64,000 bases of DNA from Scyliorhinus canicula (taxonomy: Eukaryota), in assembly GCF_902713615.1 (NCBI RefSeq), contig NC_052158.1:17790546-17854545 (forward strand), in the 5' to 3' direction. The position numbers were made by a program, and so were the translations under genes. Shown one piece after another: positions 34,891 through 45,928 of the stretch (the first letter of the stretch is position 1; each line of letters opens with the position of its first letter). The notes beneath the pieces were generated by a model that searched no databases, was not told the origin of the DNA, and saw only the letters and a program-made list of their open reading frames with translations.

Positions 34891-37800
34891 GTGACTCAGC
34901 TCTTGATGTCTATTATTTCATAATTAACCACTGGAATCACTTTACAATGTTTGTTTGTAACTCAGTCCCACATAGCCAAAGTTCCATCTAACTGTTCAGC
35001 AGACAGTGAGCTGTTATTATTTGGTATCCTTGCTGGATATAAATTTTTATCCCTATATCCCAGTGGACAGAGACCAGGGACACTGGGATTATAAACGTTG
35101 TTTATTCCATTCTGTATTCAATCTGTTCCAGGCTGAAGTTGACAGACTGAGAAATGAAATCAACAGTGAATTTGAAAAGATGCACAAGTTTCTGTTTGAG
35201 AAGGAGGAGCTCATGAAAGCAGAGTTGGAGAGAAAATGCAATAAAATATTTGAGGAAATGGAGAACAATTTAACCAAAACCATGGATGAAATGTCTTCTC
35301 TTGAAGGAGCAATAAGAGATCTTTAATCGAGGCTGGAGGTACAAGAGGCCCCAGAGTTCCTCAAGGTACAAAATCTCTTTGTCTTGTCCAGTGAAACATT
35401 CCTGAGACTGAGGGCGGGGACTCTGACCTTTAACCTTCGGGTTTGAGTGAGGCCTCAGTCTGATTGGTTGGATGATTGTCTCTTTGTGCTGTCAGTAAGG
35501 GTCCAATGGGAAATGAGGTGAGATAATCTCAGTGTGATTCCAATACACGGCGTAACCACGGCGCTGATTGATGATTGGACTCCGAGAGAGCTGGTCTGGG
35601 AACTGGAGATGTTTACACTGCTGCAGATGGAGTTCTACTGAGATCTGCTGAGGACGGGTTAAAGTGCATTATTGCAGGGGAGATGGAGCTATGGTTAGAG
35701 AGATAACTGAGGGTAGAACGCCCAGCTGGACAACAGTGGAGATGCGGTGGAGGAGGATGGCGTGATCGACCGTGTCAAAGGCTGCAGACTGATCGAGAAT
35801 AATGAGGAGGGAAAGTTTGTAAGGATGAGTTTTTTGGGGAGAGGGGTGAAGATGTAGATTTAAATGAGAGAGAGAGACAACAGCTGAAGAGATGAAACAG
35901 TTTACAATCCCAGCTAACATGGGGGCCAGGAGGGGAGGTTGGGAGATCAGTAGTTTTGGGAATTGGATGGAGGGGACAGGAGGTGGGTCTCATGGACAAG
36001 ATGAGCCCCGAGAGGGAATGAAAGGAAAAAGTAAAAGTTATTTTCTAATTGAAATCTTGGTCTCTCAATTTTTACTCGAGATTTACAACAAGAACTCTTT
36101 AATCTGACTCGATCATATCTATTCTGTTTCTTTCCCCTCAGGATATTCAAGACCTGTTGAAGAGGTAAGCAGATTTAATGAAACAGTTTTTTGATGTGAT
36201 CACTGCTGTCTCTCGAACACACACTGATTTCCAGACCTGTTTTTTACAGGAGTCAGATGGAGTTTCACAAGCCTGGAACTGGCTCCACTCAGTTACCTGT
36301 GGCTATCGCTGGTGAACCATTCAAATATATCAAAGTGTGGAGGGAAATGAGAGCGGTGATTTCACCAGGTATCATTCTCTGTATATTACTATCTCCCTGC
36401 TGTTATCCACATGATTAATGAGGTTTGACACACTGATGAAATGATCAGAAGATCAGGAATAAGAACAGGAGTGGTCCAGCCCAGTGAACCTTCTCTGATT
36501 TTTGATAAGATCATGTCTGATCTAATTGGGGCCTTTACTCCACTTTCCTGCCTGTCCCAGATGACCCTTAACCCCCTTGCTGATCAACAGTCTATGGAAC
36601 TCGATCCTGAATCAATTGCCCAGCCTCTGCTGCTCTCTGTGGTAGAGAATTCCAAAGACTAATATCCCTCTCCGAGAAGGAATTCCTCCTCATCTCTGTC
36701 TTCAATAGAGGCCCCTTCATGTAATGCTGTGTCACCTACACCTCGATTGTCCCAGAGATCAAGCATCCTCCCAGCATCTACCCTGGTGAAGGAATCCCCT
36801 CAGAATGTTATGTTTCTATAAGATAACCTCTTATTCTTCTAAACTCCAGTGAGTACAGACCCATCACTGATCAGTAATCTTGGGAATTTGCAAAGATTAC
36901 AACCAATGCATCCACTTTCTCGCCAGCCCCTCCTTTAACATCCTGGGATGCAGGACATCAGGTCCAGGGGACGAGTTGTCTTTAATCCCATCGCTTTTCC
37001 AGATACTTTTTCTCTGATGATCATGATTGTTTTAAGTTTATCCCTCCCTTTCCTTCCTGTTTTTCCCCAACACTGGATGACCCCAGCTGTTGTTCTCTGT
37101 ATATTGTTGGGTATTTCTCTGTCCCCAGATTATAAGAAAACATTTATCTAATGATATTGCCAGTCCTCAGCACAGAGCTCCGATTGGTCCCCACATGCCC
37201 CGTTGCTAAGACTGATACTCTTCCCCTCACTCCATATACCAGTTACCATGACTACATTCTTTCCCTTCTGTGACCCAAGGACAGGAACTCCCAACCTAGG
37301 CAGTCTTCGCCTAATGTCTCTTCCTCAGGATTTTGTCTTGCAGTTCAGAGAAGGGTGAGGTTAGTGTATTGGGAGGGGGAAGATGTGGCAAGGGAATAGA
37401 CAATAAGTGGTAAGATAGTGAGAGGTGTGGAGGAACAGAGGGAGATTTGAGTTTATCTCCACAGATTCAGGACAGGTGGATAAAGTGGTGACGATAACAC
37501 ACCGGATATTTTGCTGTCCTGACCAAGGAATAGAGAATAAGAGCAGGGATGTAATGTCAGAACTTTATTAAACACTAGTAGTCTACAACTAGAGTACTTT
37601 ATATCTTTCTGATCAGTGTGTTGGAGAGGTTACCAAGGAGATTAATGAGGGTGTTGGCTGGTTCAGAGAACTTGAGTTCTGCGTTATGATTGGATAGATT
37701 GGGGTTGTTTTCATTGGATCAGAGGAGGCTGAGGGGAGATTTAATTGAGGTGTATAAAATTAGGAGTGTCCAGATAGAGTGGAAAGGAAGTCTCGGGGTC

Positions 37801-38774
37801 CCTGATCAGGGAGAATAAATACAGGATAAGAGGGAGGAGGGTTAAAGGGATTATTTTCACACACAATGTGATCTGGATCTAGGACTCTCAGCCTGAAAGG
37901 TTGATAGAGGCAGAAACCCTCATAACATTTATAAAGTAATCAGATCTACAGTGAAAGTTTTGTAACCAAAAGAGTTACGGAGCAGGAACTGGAAACTGGG
38001 ATTGGGCTGGAGAATTCTATTTCAGCCGAATCTCACATGTTGCTCTGAAATTGCCTCTTTCTGTGAATCCCAGAATAGTTACAAAACTATGCATTCCCGA
38101 TCCTAAACACTCGCTGTGTGAACAGATTTTCCCTCACGCTAATGTGGCTTCTTTTGTCAATCAGTTTAAATTCTGTGTCCTCTGGTTCTCTTCTCTCAGG
38201 GGAACCACCTCAGCTTCTCCAATCTGTGTCCGTAACTGAATTTCCTCCTCCCAGGAATCATTGTGGTGAATGTTTCCTGCACTCTCTCTAATGCCCTCAC
38301 ATCCTTCCTCAAAGTGTGTTTCCCAGAACAGAGTTGTTGGTTAACCAGTGTTTAGACAGATATAACTTTGTCACTCTATTCTGTGTTAATAAAGCCTAAG
38401 ATGCTGCATTCTTTATTAACCACTCTCACTCCTTGTCCTGTCACCGCTAATTGTGAAATGATATCCTGTGCATCAAGGTTTAGGTCATTAATTTACATCA
38501 GGAAAGTCAGAACCCATTTGAATACCAATGTGTATCTATCTTCAGTCTGAACAAGCAACAACTGTCATTCACCCCGTTTCATATCCATGTTGCTACTGTC
38601 CTCGTTATTCTGTATATTTTCTATGTTTCTGCCTGTTAGGGTGACTGTTCCCCTGTTGCCACAGAGACTAGGGAACATACGAGGAGGTTAAAGGGCAAAA
38701 CTGTGTATTGAGATATTGAAGTTATTTCTCTCTCATTTAGATGTCAATTTTCCACCAGGATCACTCCTTCCAGC

Positions 38775-38890
38775 TCTACAACCCCCTTGTCCTGACTGAG
38801 ATCTCAGAGGGGGGGGTGTAGGGCTGGAGGAGGAGAGCCCACCCCCTTGTCCTGGCTGAGAGCTCGGAGGGGGGGGTGTAGTGCTGGAGG
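38775..38890. repeat. 58-bp VNTR, ~2 units, copy 3
   Basis: Same unit as 13230-13575. Confidence 0.8.
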
Positions 38891-38906
38891 AAGTGACAGA
38901 GATAGG

Positions 38907-39553
38907 GGGCGCGATTCTCGGCTCCCCACGCCGGGTGGGAGAATCGCGGGAGGGCTGGGCGACTAATTTCACGCCCCCCACGATTCTCCCACCCACCCGC
39001 TCGGAAGAATCGCAGTTCGCCGTTTTTCATGGCAACCGGCGACTCTCCGACCCGGATGGGCCGAGCGGCCGGCCGTTCGCGACCATTTCACAACGGCAGA
39101 AAGTACACCTGGTCGCTGCCGTCGTGAAATCGCCTTGAGATGCCCGTTTGGGGCTTGTAGGGAGCCTGGTGGGGACTGAGCACCACGACTGTTCTCGGGA
39201 GGGGACAGGCCCACGATCGGTGCCCACCGATGATCGGGCTGGCGTCTCAACGGGACGCATTATTTCCCCTCCGCCGCCCCGCAAGATCAAGCCCCCACAT
39301 CTTGCTGGGCGGCTGAGGGGAAGACGGCAACCGTGCATGTGCGGGTTGGAGCCGGGCAATCTGCGCATGCGCGGCTGACATCACATAGGCGCCGCCGTCC
39401 CGTCATTCTCGGCGCGCCGCCTTGACGCAAGCTCCTAGCCCCCCCCGGGTGAGGGTGAATACGGTGAGAGGAGCGGCCTCCGAGGCCGTCGTGAAACTTG
39501 GCCGAGTTCACGACAGCCTTCACGATGTTTCCCGGGAGCGGAGAATCGCGCCC
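38907..39553. mobile_element. GC-rich MITE, PIF/Harbinger-like
   Basis: Perfect 13-bp TIR GGGCGCGATTCTC/GAGAATCGCGCCC with 3-bp AGG duplication; empty site in copy 4 (~54388). Confidence 0.85.
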
Positions 39554-40944
39554 AGGGTGTGGGCAGTGAGAATTTTAAGATCGAGGCATTGCTGGGTTCA
39601 AAGCTGATGAGGATCAGTGAGCACTGGGGGGGCTGAAATTATCAACAGGGGACAACCAGTGTCAGATTCCAGTAGATTGAGCTCAGGGCGGTGACTGACT
39701 TCCTACAACTTGTCTTACCCGAGGCCCTGTACTGGAGAGAGATCTTTATTCTCAGTAAATTGATGATGATCTGTGCTGGGTGAATGGAGCTGAGGGAATG
39801 GGAAGGAATTTCTTCAGTCACTCTGTCCCTGAGCTTCCACAGCTCCTGGGCTGAGGGAAGTGGTGATGTCCCATCACCGTCTATACACGTCTCGTCATTC
39901 ACTCCTGTTTTTCTCACAGTAGCAGCTTCCCAATCATGTTCTCTTCCAGTTCCAGCATCTCTCACCCTGGACCCAGAGACAGCAAACAACCGACTCATCA
40001 TTTCCCAGGATCTGACTAGTGTGACGTACGGAAATGAGCAGCAAGATCTCCCTGAACATCCAGGAAGATTTGATAAATGCTTCTATGTGTTGAGTTCCCA
40101 GAGTTTCACATCAGGGAGACACTACTGGGAGGTGGGTCTTGGAAACAAACCTCTCTGGGGTGTGGGTGTCTGCAGAGAGTCTGTCAACAGGAAAGGAGAC
40201 ATCACACGTTCACCTGAGAATGGATTCTGGGTCATCGCCCGGCACCCTGACTGCAAATCATTGAAAATCCCGGATGTCATCTTCCAGCGGAGAGTGAAAC
40301 CCCGGAAGTTGGGAATTTACCTGGATTATGAGGGAGGACAGGTATCATTTTACGATGCTGAGGACATGTCTCACCTGTACACCTTCACTGACACATTCAC
40401 CGGGAAACTCTATCCCATCTTTAATCCCTGTAATAATAACTCTGGTAATAACTCTGAGCCACTCACACTGCTCTCTGGGTAACGCAGTGGGAGACGTTTT
40501 GGGAGGTCGGAGTTTTAGTGAGAAGCCTGATTCACTGTCTGAACAGCTCATGTTGTCCTGATTCTCTGCTGTGTGCTGTCAGGGGGTGAGTGTGTTTCTG
40601 TATTGTTTATTCTGTAAATTTAACTCAGATTCTCCACCCATCCCACTGTCCCGATCTGCCCATAAACACTGGGCTGGTATAGAATGAAGCAAAATCTCCT
40701 GAATTGTGGTAACTGTGCCCAGCTCTCGAAAAATTCATTGTGAATCTGTATTTTGTTTCCTCCCTTCAATAAATATTTAATTTGAAGACGAGACTAACAC
40801 CTGGTGTGATGATTATTGATTCAGTGAATGAGCAGAAAGAATGTTTTTTCACTCCTGTATGGGATGTGGGTGTCGCTGGCTGAGCCCTCGTTGCCCATCC
40901 CTAATTGCCCTTGAGAAGCTGGTGCAGGTACACCCACAGTGCTG

Positions 40945-41234
40945 TGTGATGAATGTAACTTGGTAATTCACACTGTATCTTTGTAAGCGCAGTAGCGTTA
41001 TCCGACCACTAGGGGGAGTAGCTCTGGGAATGCTCAGGAGTTTGGACAGGGCTCCACCCTTGGCTCCGCCCACGACTCCTCCCCCTTGTGCTGCTGAATA
41101 AATACCCTTGTCCAGAGTCAGCCTGCAGTTCACCGAGAGTTCATCAATGGGTAACAGGCTGGCTCTGTAGTAAGTAGAATAAAACCACTGTTCATATTGG
41201 AAAGCACGTGTCTGGTGAATTGATGGTTCCATCA
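40945..41234 (+). mobile_element. Solo LTR, 290 bp
   Basis: TGTGATG...CATCA termini, 5-bp TSD TGCTG (40940-40944, 41235-41239), GC box, AATAAA at ~41178; empty site at ~15298 and ~62548. Confidence 0.85.
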
Positions 41235-41991
41235 TGCTGTTAGGGAAGGAGTTCCAGGATTTGGACCCAGCGACAGAGAAGGAGTGGCCGATATGTTTCC
41301 AAGTCAGGATGGTGAGTGACTGGAAGGGAACCTCCAGGTGGTGGTATCAGGAATGAGAATATCAGAATAGGTTCCGGAGTAGGACATGTGGCCATTCTGG
41401 AAGATCCTGTCTGAACATCAGCATCGACTCCACTTTCCCATCCTATCCCTTCATTCCCTTTGTACTCAGGAATATATCGATCTCTGTGAGGAATATACTC
41501 ACTGACATCTCACCGAGGGAGAGAATTCCAAAGATTCACAACTCTCTCTGAGGGAAGGAATTTCTCCTCATCTCAGTCTTAAATGGACGGCCCCTTTATC
41601 CTGATTCTGTGACCCCTCGGTCTAGACCAGTCTCCATCTATCCTGTCAGGATCTCTGAGAATTGTATATGTTTCAATAAGATCACCTCTTATTCTTCTAA
41701 ACTCCAAAGAATATAGAGCCATCCAACTCAATCCCTCCTCATAACGGAAAACCCTTTCATCCCAAGAATCAATTCTGTGAACCTTCATTGCTCCCTCTAA
41801 GGTAAGTATATGTTTCCTCAGGTAAGGAGACTGAAACTGTCCACAGCCCGCCAGCTGTGTCCACACTCAATCCCTGTTACATTGCAGCAAGACTTATTCT
41901 CTTATACTCCAACCCCATTGTAAAAAAGGCTAAGATACCATTTCCCTCCCTAATTGTTCACTGTATCTGCTTGTTACCTTTCTCTGCTTCA

Positions 41992-43010
41992 GTTTATTTC
42001 GGGGTGTTGCCATTTAGGGTAGGTGGGGATAGGTTTAGGGATCTGGGGGTCCAGGTGACAGGGGAGTGAGCGACAATGCATAAGTGGAACTTAACAAAGT
42101 TGGTGGAGGAGATAAAGGAGGACTTTAGGATGTGGGATACACAACGCCTGATGCTGGAGGGAAGGGTCAAAGTGGTTAAGGTGAATGTCTTGCCAAGGTT
42201 TTTATTTGGATTTCAGATGCTCCCGATTTTTATTCCGAAGGCCTTCTTCCGGAGTTTGGTCAATGTAATTTGGGAGTTTATTTGGGCGGGGAAGGTGCCA
42301 AGGGTGAAGTGGGCCCTGATACAGAGACAGGGAGAGAAAGGGGACTTGGCGTTACCGAACCTGCTGTACTATTATTGGGTGATGAATGTGGAGAAAGTGA
42401 GGTGATAGTGGGAGGGAGAGAGGCCGGAATGGGTTAGGATGGAGGAGGAGTCCTGTAGGGGGCCCAGCTTCAGGGCCATGGTAACGGTGGCACTACCGTT
42501 GTCACCGAGGAGATATACGGAGAGCCCGGGTGTACAGTCCACGGTTAGGGTGTGGAACCAGCTGAGGAGAGACTTTAGGATGGAGGGGATGTCGGTGCTA
42601 ATGCTGTTGTGTGTGAACCACGGATTCAAACCGAGGGAGACGGATGGCATGGACAGGAGGTGGAGAGAGGTGGGGTTGATGAGGGCCTGGGATTTATATT
42701 TGGAGGAGAGGTTCGCCAGTCTGGAAGAGCTGTGGGAGAGGGTAGAGCTCCGGAGGGGGGAGTGATTTCAGGTATTTCCAAGTGAGGGGCTTTGCACGGA
42801 AGGTGTGGAAAGGGTTCCCCAGGCTGCCAAAGTCGCCCTATTGGAACGGCTGCTGCTTCCGGATGTGGAGAAGGAGGGTAGGATTGGAGACATATTGGGG
42901 GGGAGCAGGGGGAATGCACATGGCGAGGATTAAGGAGAAATGGGAGGAGGGGTTGGGGGTAGATAGAGGAGTGGGGAATGAGGCACTGGGCGGGGTGAAT
43001 TTGATCTTTC
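41992..43010 (+). mobile_element. L1 ORF2 fragment paralogous to 16055-17090
   Basis: Same junction after TTCTCTGCTTCA (41980-41991); its inverted 3' end lies at ~44173-44360. Confidence 0.85.
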
Positions 43011-43016
43011 GTGAAA

Positions 43017-43206
43017 GAGTTCCAGACTGGAATCTAATCGAGGGGTTCAGATGGTTTATATATAGAATAATGGATATCTGGGAGTGAGTTACAGAGTGGA
43101 ATCTAATCGAGGGGTTCAGATGGTTTATATATAGAATAATGGATATTTGGGAGTGAGTTACAGACTGGAATCTAATCGAGGGGTTCAGATGGTTTATATA
43201 TAGAAT
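43017..43206 (-). repeat. 69-bp minisatellite, inverted, ~3 units
   Basis: Reverse complement of the intron-2 unit. Confidence 0.88.
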
Positions 43207-43208
43207 AG

Positions 43209-43522
43209 TAAGCAGCACGGCAACACAGTGGTTAGCACTGTTGCTGCACAGTTCCAGGGTCCCAGGTGCGATTCCCTGCTTGGGCCACTGTCTGTGTGGA
43301 GTCTGCACGTTCTCCCTGTGTCTGTGTGGGTTTTTTCCGGGTGCTCCGGTTTCCTCCCACAAGTCCCGAAAGATGTGCTGTTAGGTAATTTGGACATTCT
43401 GAATTCTTCCTCTGTGTACCTGAACAGGCATCGGAATGTGGCGACTAGGGGCTTTTCACAGTAACTTCATTGCTGCGTTAATGTAAGCCGGCTTGCGACA
43501 ATAATAAAGATTCTTATTATTA
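43209..43522 (+). mobile_element. tRNA-derived SINE, second family
   Basis: Paralog of 18527-18840. Confidence 0.8.
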
Positions 43523-43589
43523 TATTTATGGCCTCACTCAAAGTCTCCAACTGAAAGGCAGCTGACAGTGCAAGTGGTCATTCACAGTA

Positions 43590-43608
43590 CTGCCAGCAGA
43601 TGGCGGCA
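43590..43608 (+). promoter_or_regulatory. CTCF-like core motif, forward
   Basis: CTGCCAGCAGATGGCGGCA. Confidence 0.6.
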
Positions 43609-43767
43609 CTGCTCCATGTAAAGCCCTTCCAGCCAACATGGGGAAAGTGTGGGTCAGGATGAGAGAGATCAAGGGGGGGATTTCGGGAAGCGCTTCTTCA
43701 CACAAAGGTTATAAAACCAAGGTGAGTAAATGTGGTTCAGATACAGCTCAGCTGTGAGCGAACTGAA

Positions 43768-44021
43768 TGATGTACCATCGATTGCACGCGAGGCGAGTGA
43801 TTTACCAAAGTCTGGCTTTAATTAACTAGAACACAGCTCTGCGATCGTCTACAGTGGAAAGGGACGATCGTCAGGCGTCTGAGCATTTATACCTCGTTAA
43901 TAGAGGCGTGGTTAACTCAGCCTCTCGGCCAATCGGTCGAGAGGCACATGACCGACCAGGGCCAATGGTAAGCCGACGTTCTGGCCCAATGGCAGACGAG
44001 TATGCAGATCATATCATCACA
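43768..44021 (-). mobile_element. Solo LTR, 254 bp
   Basis: TGATG...CATCACA termini, 5-bp TSD CTGAA (43763-43767, 44022-44026), minus-strand TATAAAT, three CCAAT boxes; empty site at ~19088. Confidence 0.85.
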
Positions 44022-45928
44022 CTGAATAGTGGAACAGGCTGGAGGGGCTCAATAACCAACACCTTTTGTAAAATTATCCACTTTGACATGAGGATCTCAG
44101 GATATTTTTAAAAGCTGAGAGACTTGTAAATATTCGGAGACGGAGGGATTTGTGTATCCATGAAGTAGAGAACGTTTATTTTAATGTAATTTTATTCCAA
44201 ATAAATTCAATAATACAAAAACAAGTAACCTGGGGAACATTCCCTCCAGCCCACAATGTTACAATCTGTACAACTGTTTCCATTTTACCCATTCCACCCC
44301 CCTCACGACGAACAATTCCTCAAACGTGGCCACCGAAGATCCCCACCGTTTGTGGATCAGAATCCCCTCAGATATGGGAGTTACTGAGGAATCCAATAGG
44401 GAATTCAAGAGAAACATCTTTACCCAGAGAGGGATTAGAATGAGGAGGTCACTGCCGTTCACTGGGAACAGGGCAGGGGATGGGGGTAAAATAGAGGGAG
44501 TGTGTCCTTGCCACCAGTTCAGTGCTGGACTCACTCTGACTGGGTTTGGGGATGGATACGAGGCCCTTGTTTCAGGTGAAGCAACATTTTAAAGTCTGGG
44601 CTCGATGGCAGCATTTACACTCACAGTGACTCCCAGTGGGAGTCAATGGAAAGGGATATTGTCCAGAGTGTTCAACAAGAGGCTGATTCACTGTCTCCCA
44701 TTGAGTGCTGCCACCCCAGTCGAATATCCTATTAATGAGCATCACTGTCTCAGTAACATGTCTTGTGAGATGATCACAAACTGTGGGTGAGACAATAGCA
44801 GAATCAGCATCACGATTTGTCCAAACTAACAGAAGATTAACAAGCGGATGGAGCAGGAGGTGAACAGGAATTTAAAGATGTTATTGGGCAGTCAATGTCC
44901 CAGCTCCTGATGTGTAAATGTGATCTGGTGGCTGACAGAGCCTGACCCTTCATCACTCTCCAGTAAATGGAAGCTCAGCCCAGCTAGGGTGTCTGTGTCT
45001 GGGTGTCTGTGTGTGTGTGTTACCTAAACTCTGCACCAACTTTCCATCTTCCTGTCCAGAAGCTGATCAGAGAGGTTCCGGCAGGATTGAGGGGGGAAAA
45101 GATGGGCCCGGATTTGGGAGGGAGAGAGAGAGACTATCCAGGAATTTGGAGAACAAGGGGGAGGTTGGAGATGGGGGTGGACATGTTCAAAAAGATGTTT
45201 TTTGTCAGAATGAGGATCAGATGGTGAGAGGGTGGAGAGAGGATAAGGAGGGGCTCAGGGATGAGATGGATTTGGAAAGGACTTGGGGGGACGGAGAGAA
45301 GAGAAACTAGAGAAAGATGTGGGGGTGAAGGGGGGATGTTTGGTCAGTGGGTTGGGGGCAGGAGGTTAGTAACAGAAACAGCTGTAAGGATGGTCTGGAT
45401 TGTACCTAAGAAAGCCATTGCTGAGTTCCTCACACGGGGGGTTGAGGGATGTGGGGAAAGGGGGGAGAGAGTTTTCAAGGGGTGGGTTTGTAGAGAGAGA
45501 AGAGAAATAATGTTATAAATCTGACTTGATAAAAGTGAAAAAGGCTCCAGACACAATAAAGGGGTCAGTTTGATTTAATTTGAATAAATCTGTTGGTCTT
45601 TAACCTGGTTAAAGAAATTCAAGAGCTCCTCCCTTCTTCGAGTTGTGGGCGTGGGGGGGGGGGGGGGGGGGAGATTTGCAGGGGCGAGAAGGGTTTTAAT
45701 GACTGGTGTGGTTCACAGAGAACAGGAATTAATCTCATAAAGCTGACATTATAAAAATGAAAAAGGCTCCAGACACAATAAAGGGGTCAGTTTGATTTAA
45801 TTCCAAAGTTGCTGCCACTGAGTGTGTCACTGATCACGTGAAGTGAAATCCAGGAAGTGGAACGCTGAACAGGAATTGACAGTGAAAGAGCTGGAACAGG
45901 GAAGGAGAGGGAGACTCTGGCCACTGAG

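Larger units (their letters stand above)
32958..40482 (+). pseudogene. TRIM copy 3, premature stop in the coiled-coil exon; PRY/SPRY exon intact
   Basis: Exons 32958-33353, 33736-33831, 35132-35365, 36142-36164, 36250-36368, 39950-40482. TAA at 35324-35326 where paralogs have AAA (Lys). Confidence 0.85.

Noticed and set aside
38907-39553. CpG island or promoter with overlapping ORFs
   Set aside because: Exactly bounded by TIRs and TSD, so it is MITE sequence.
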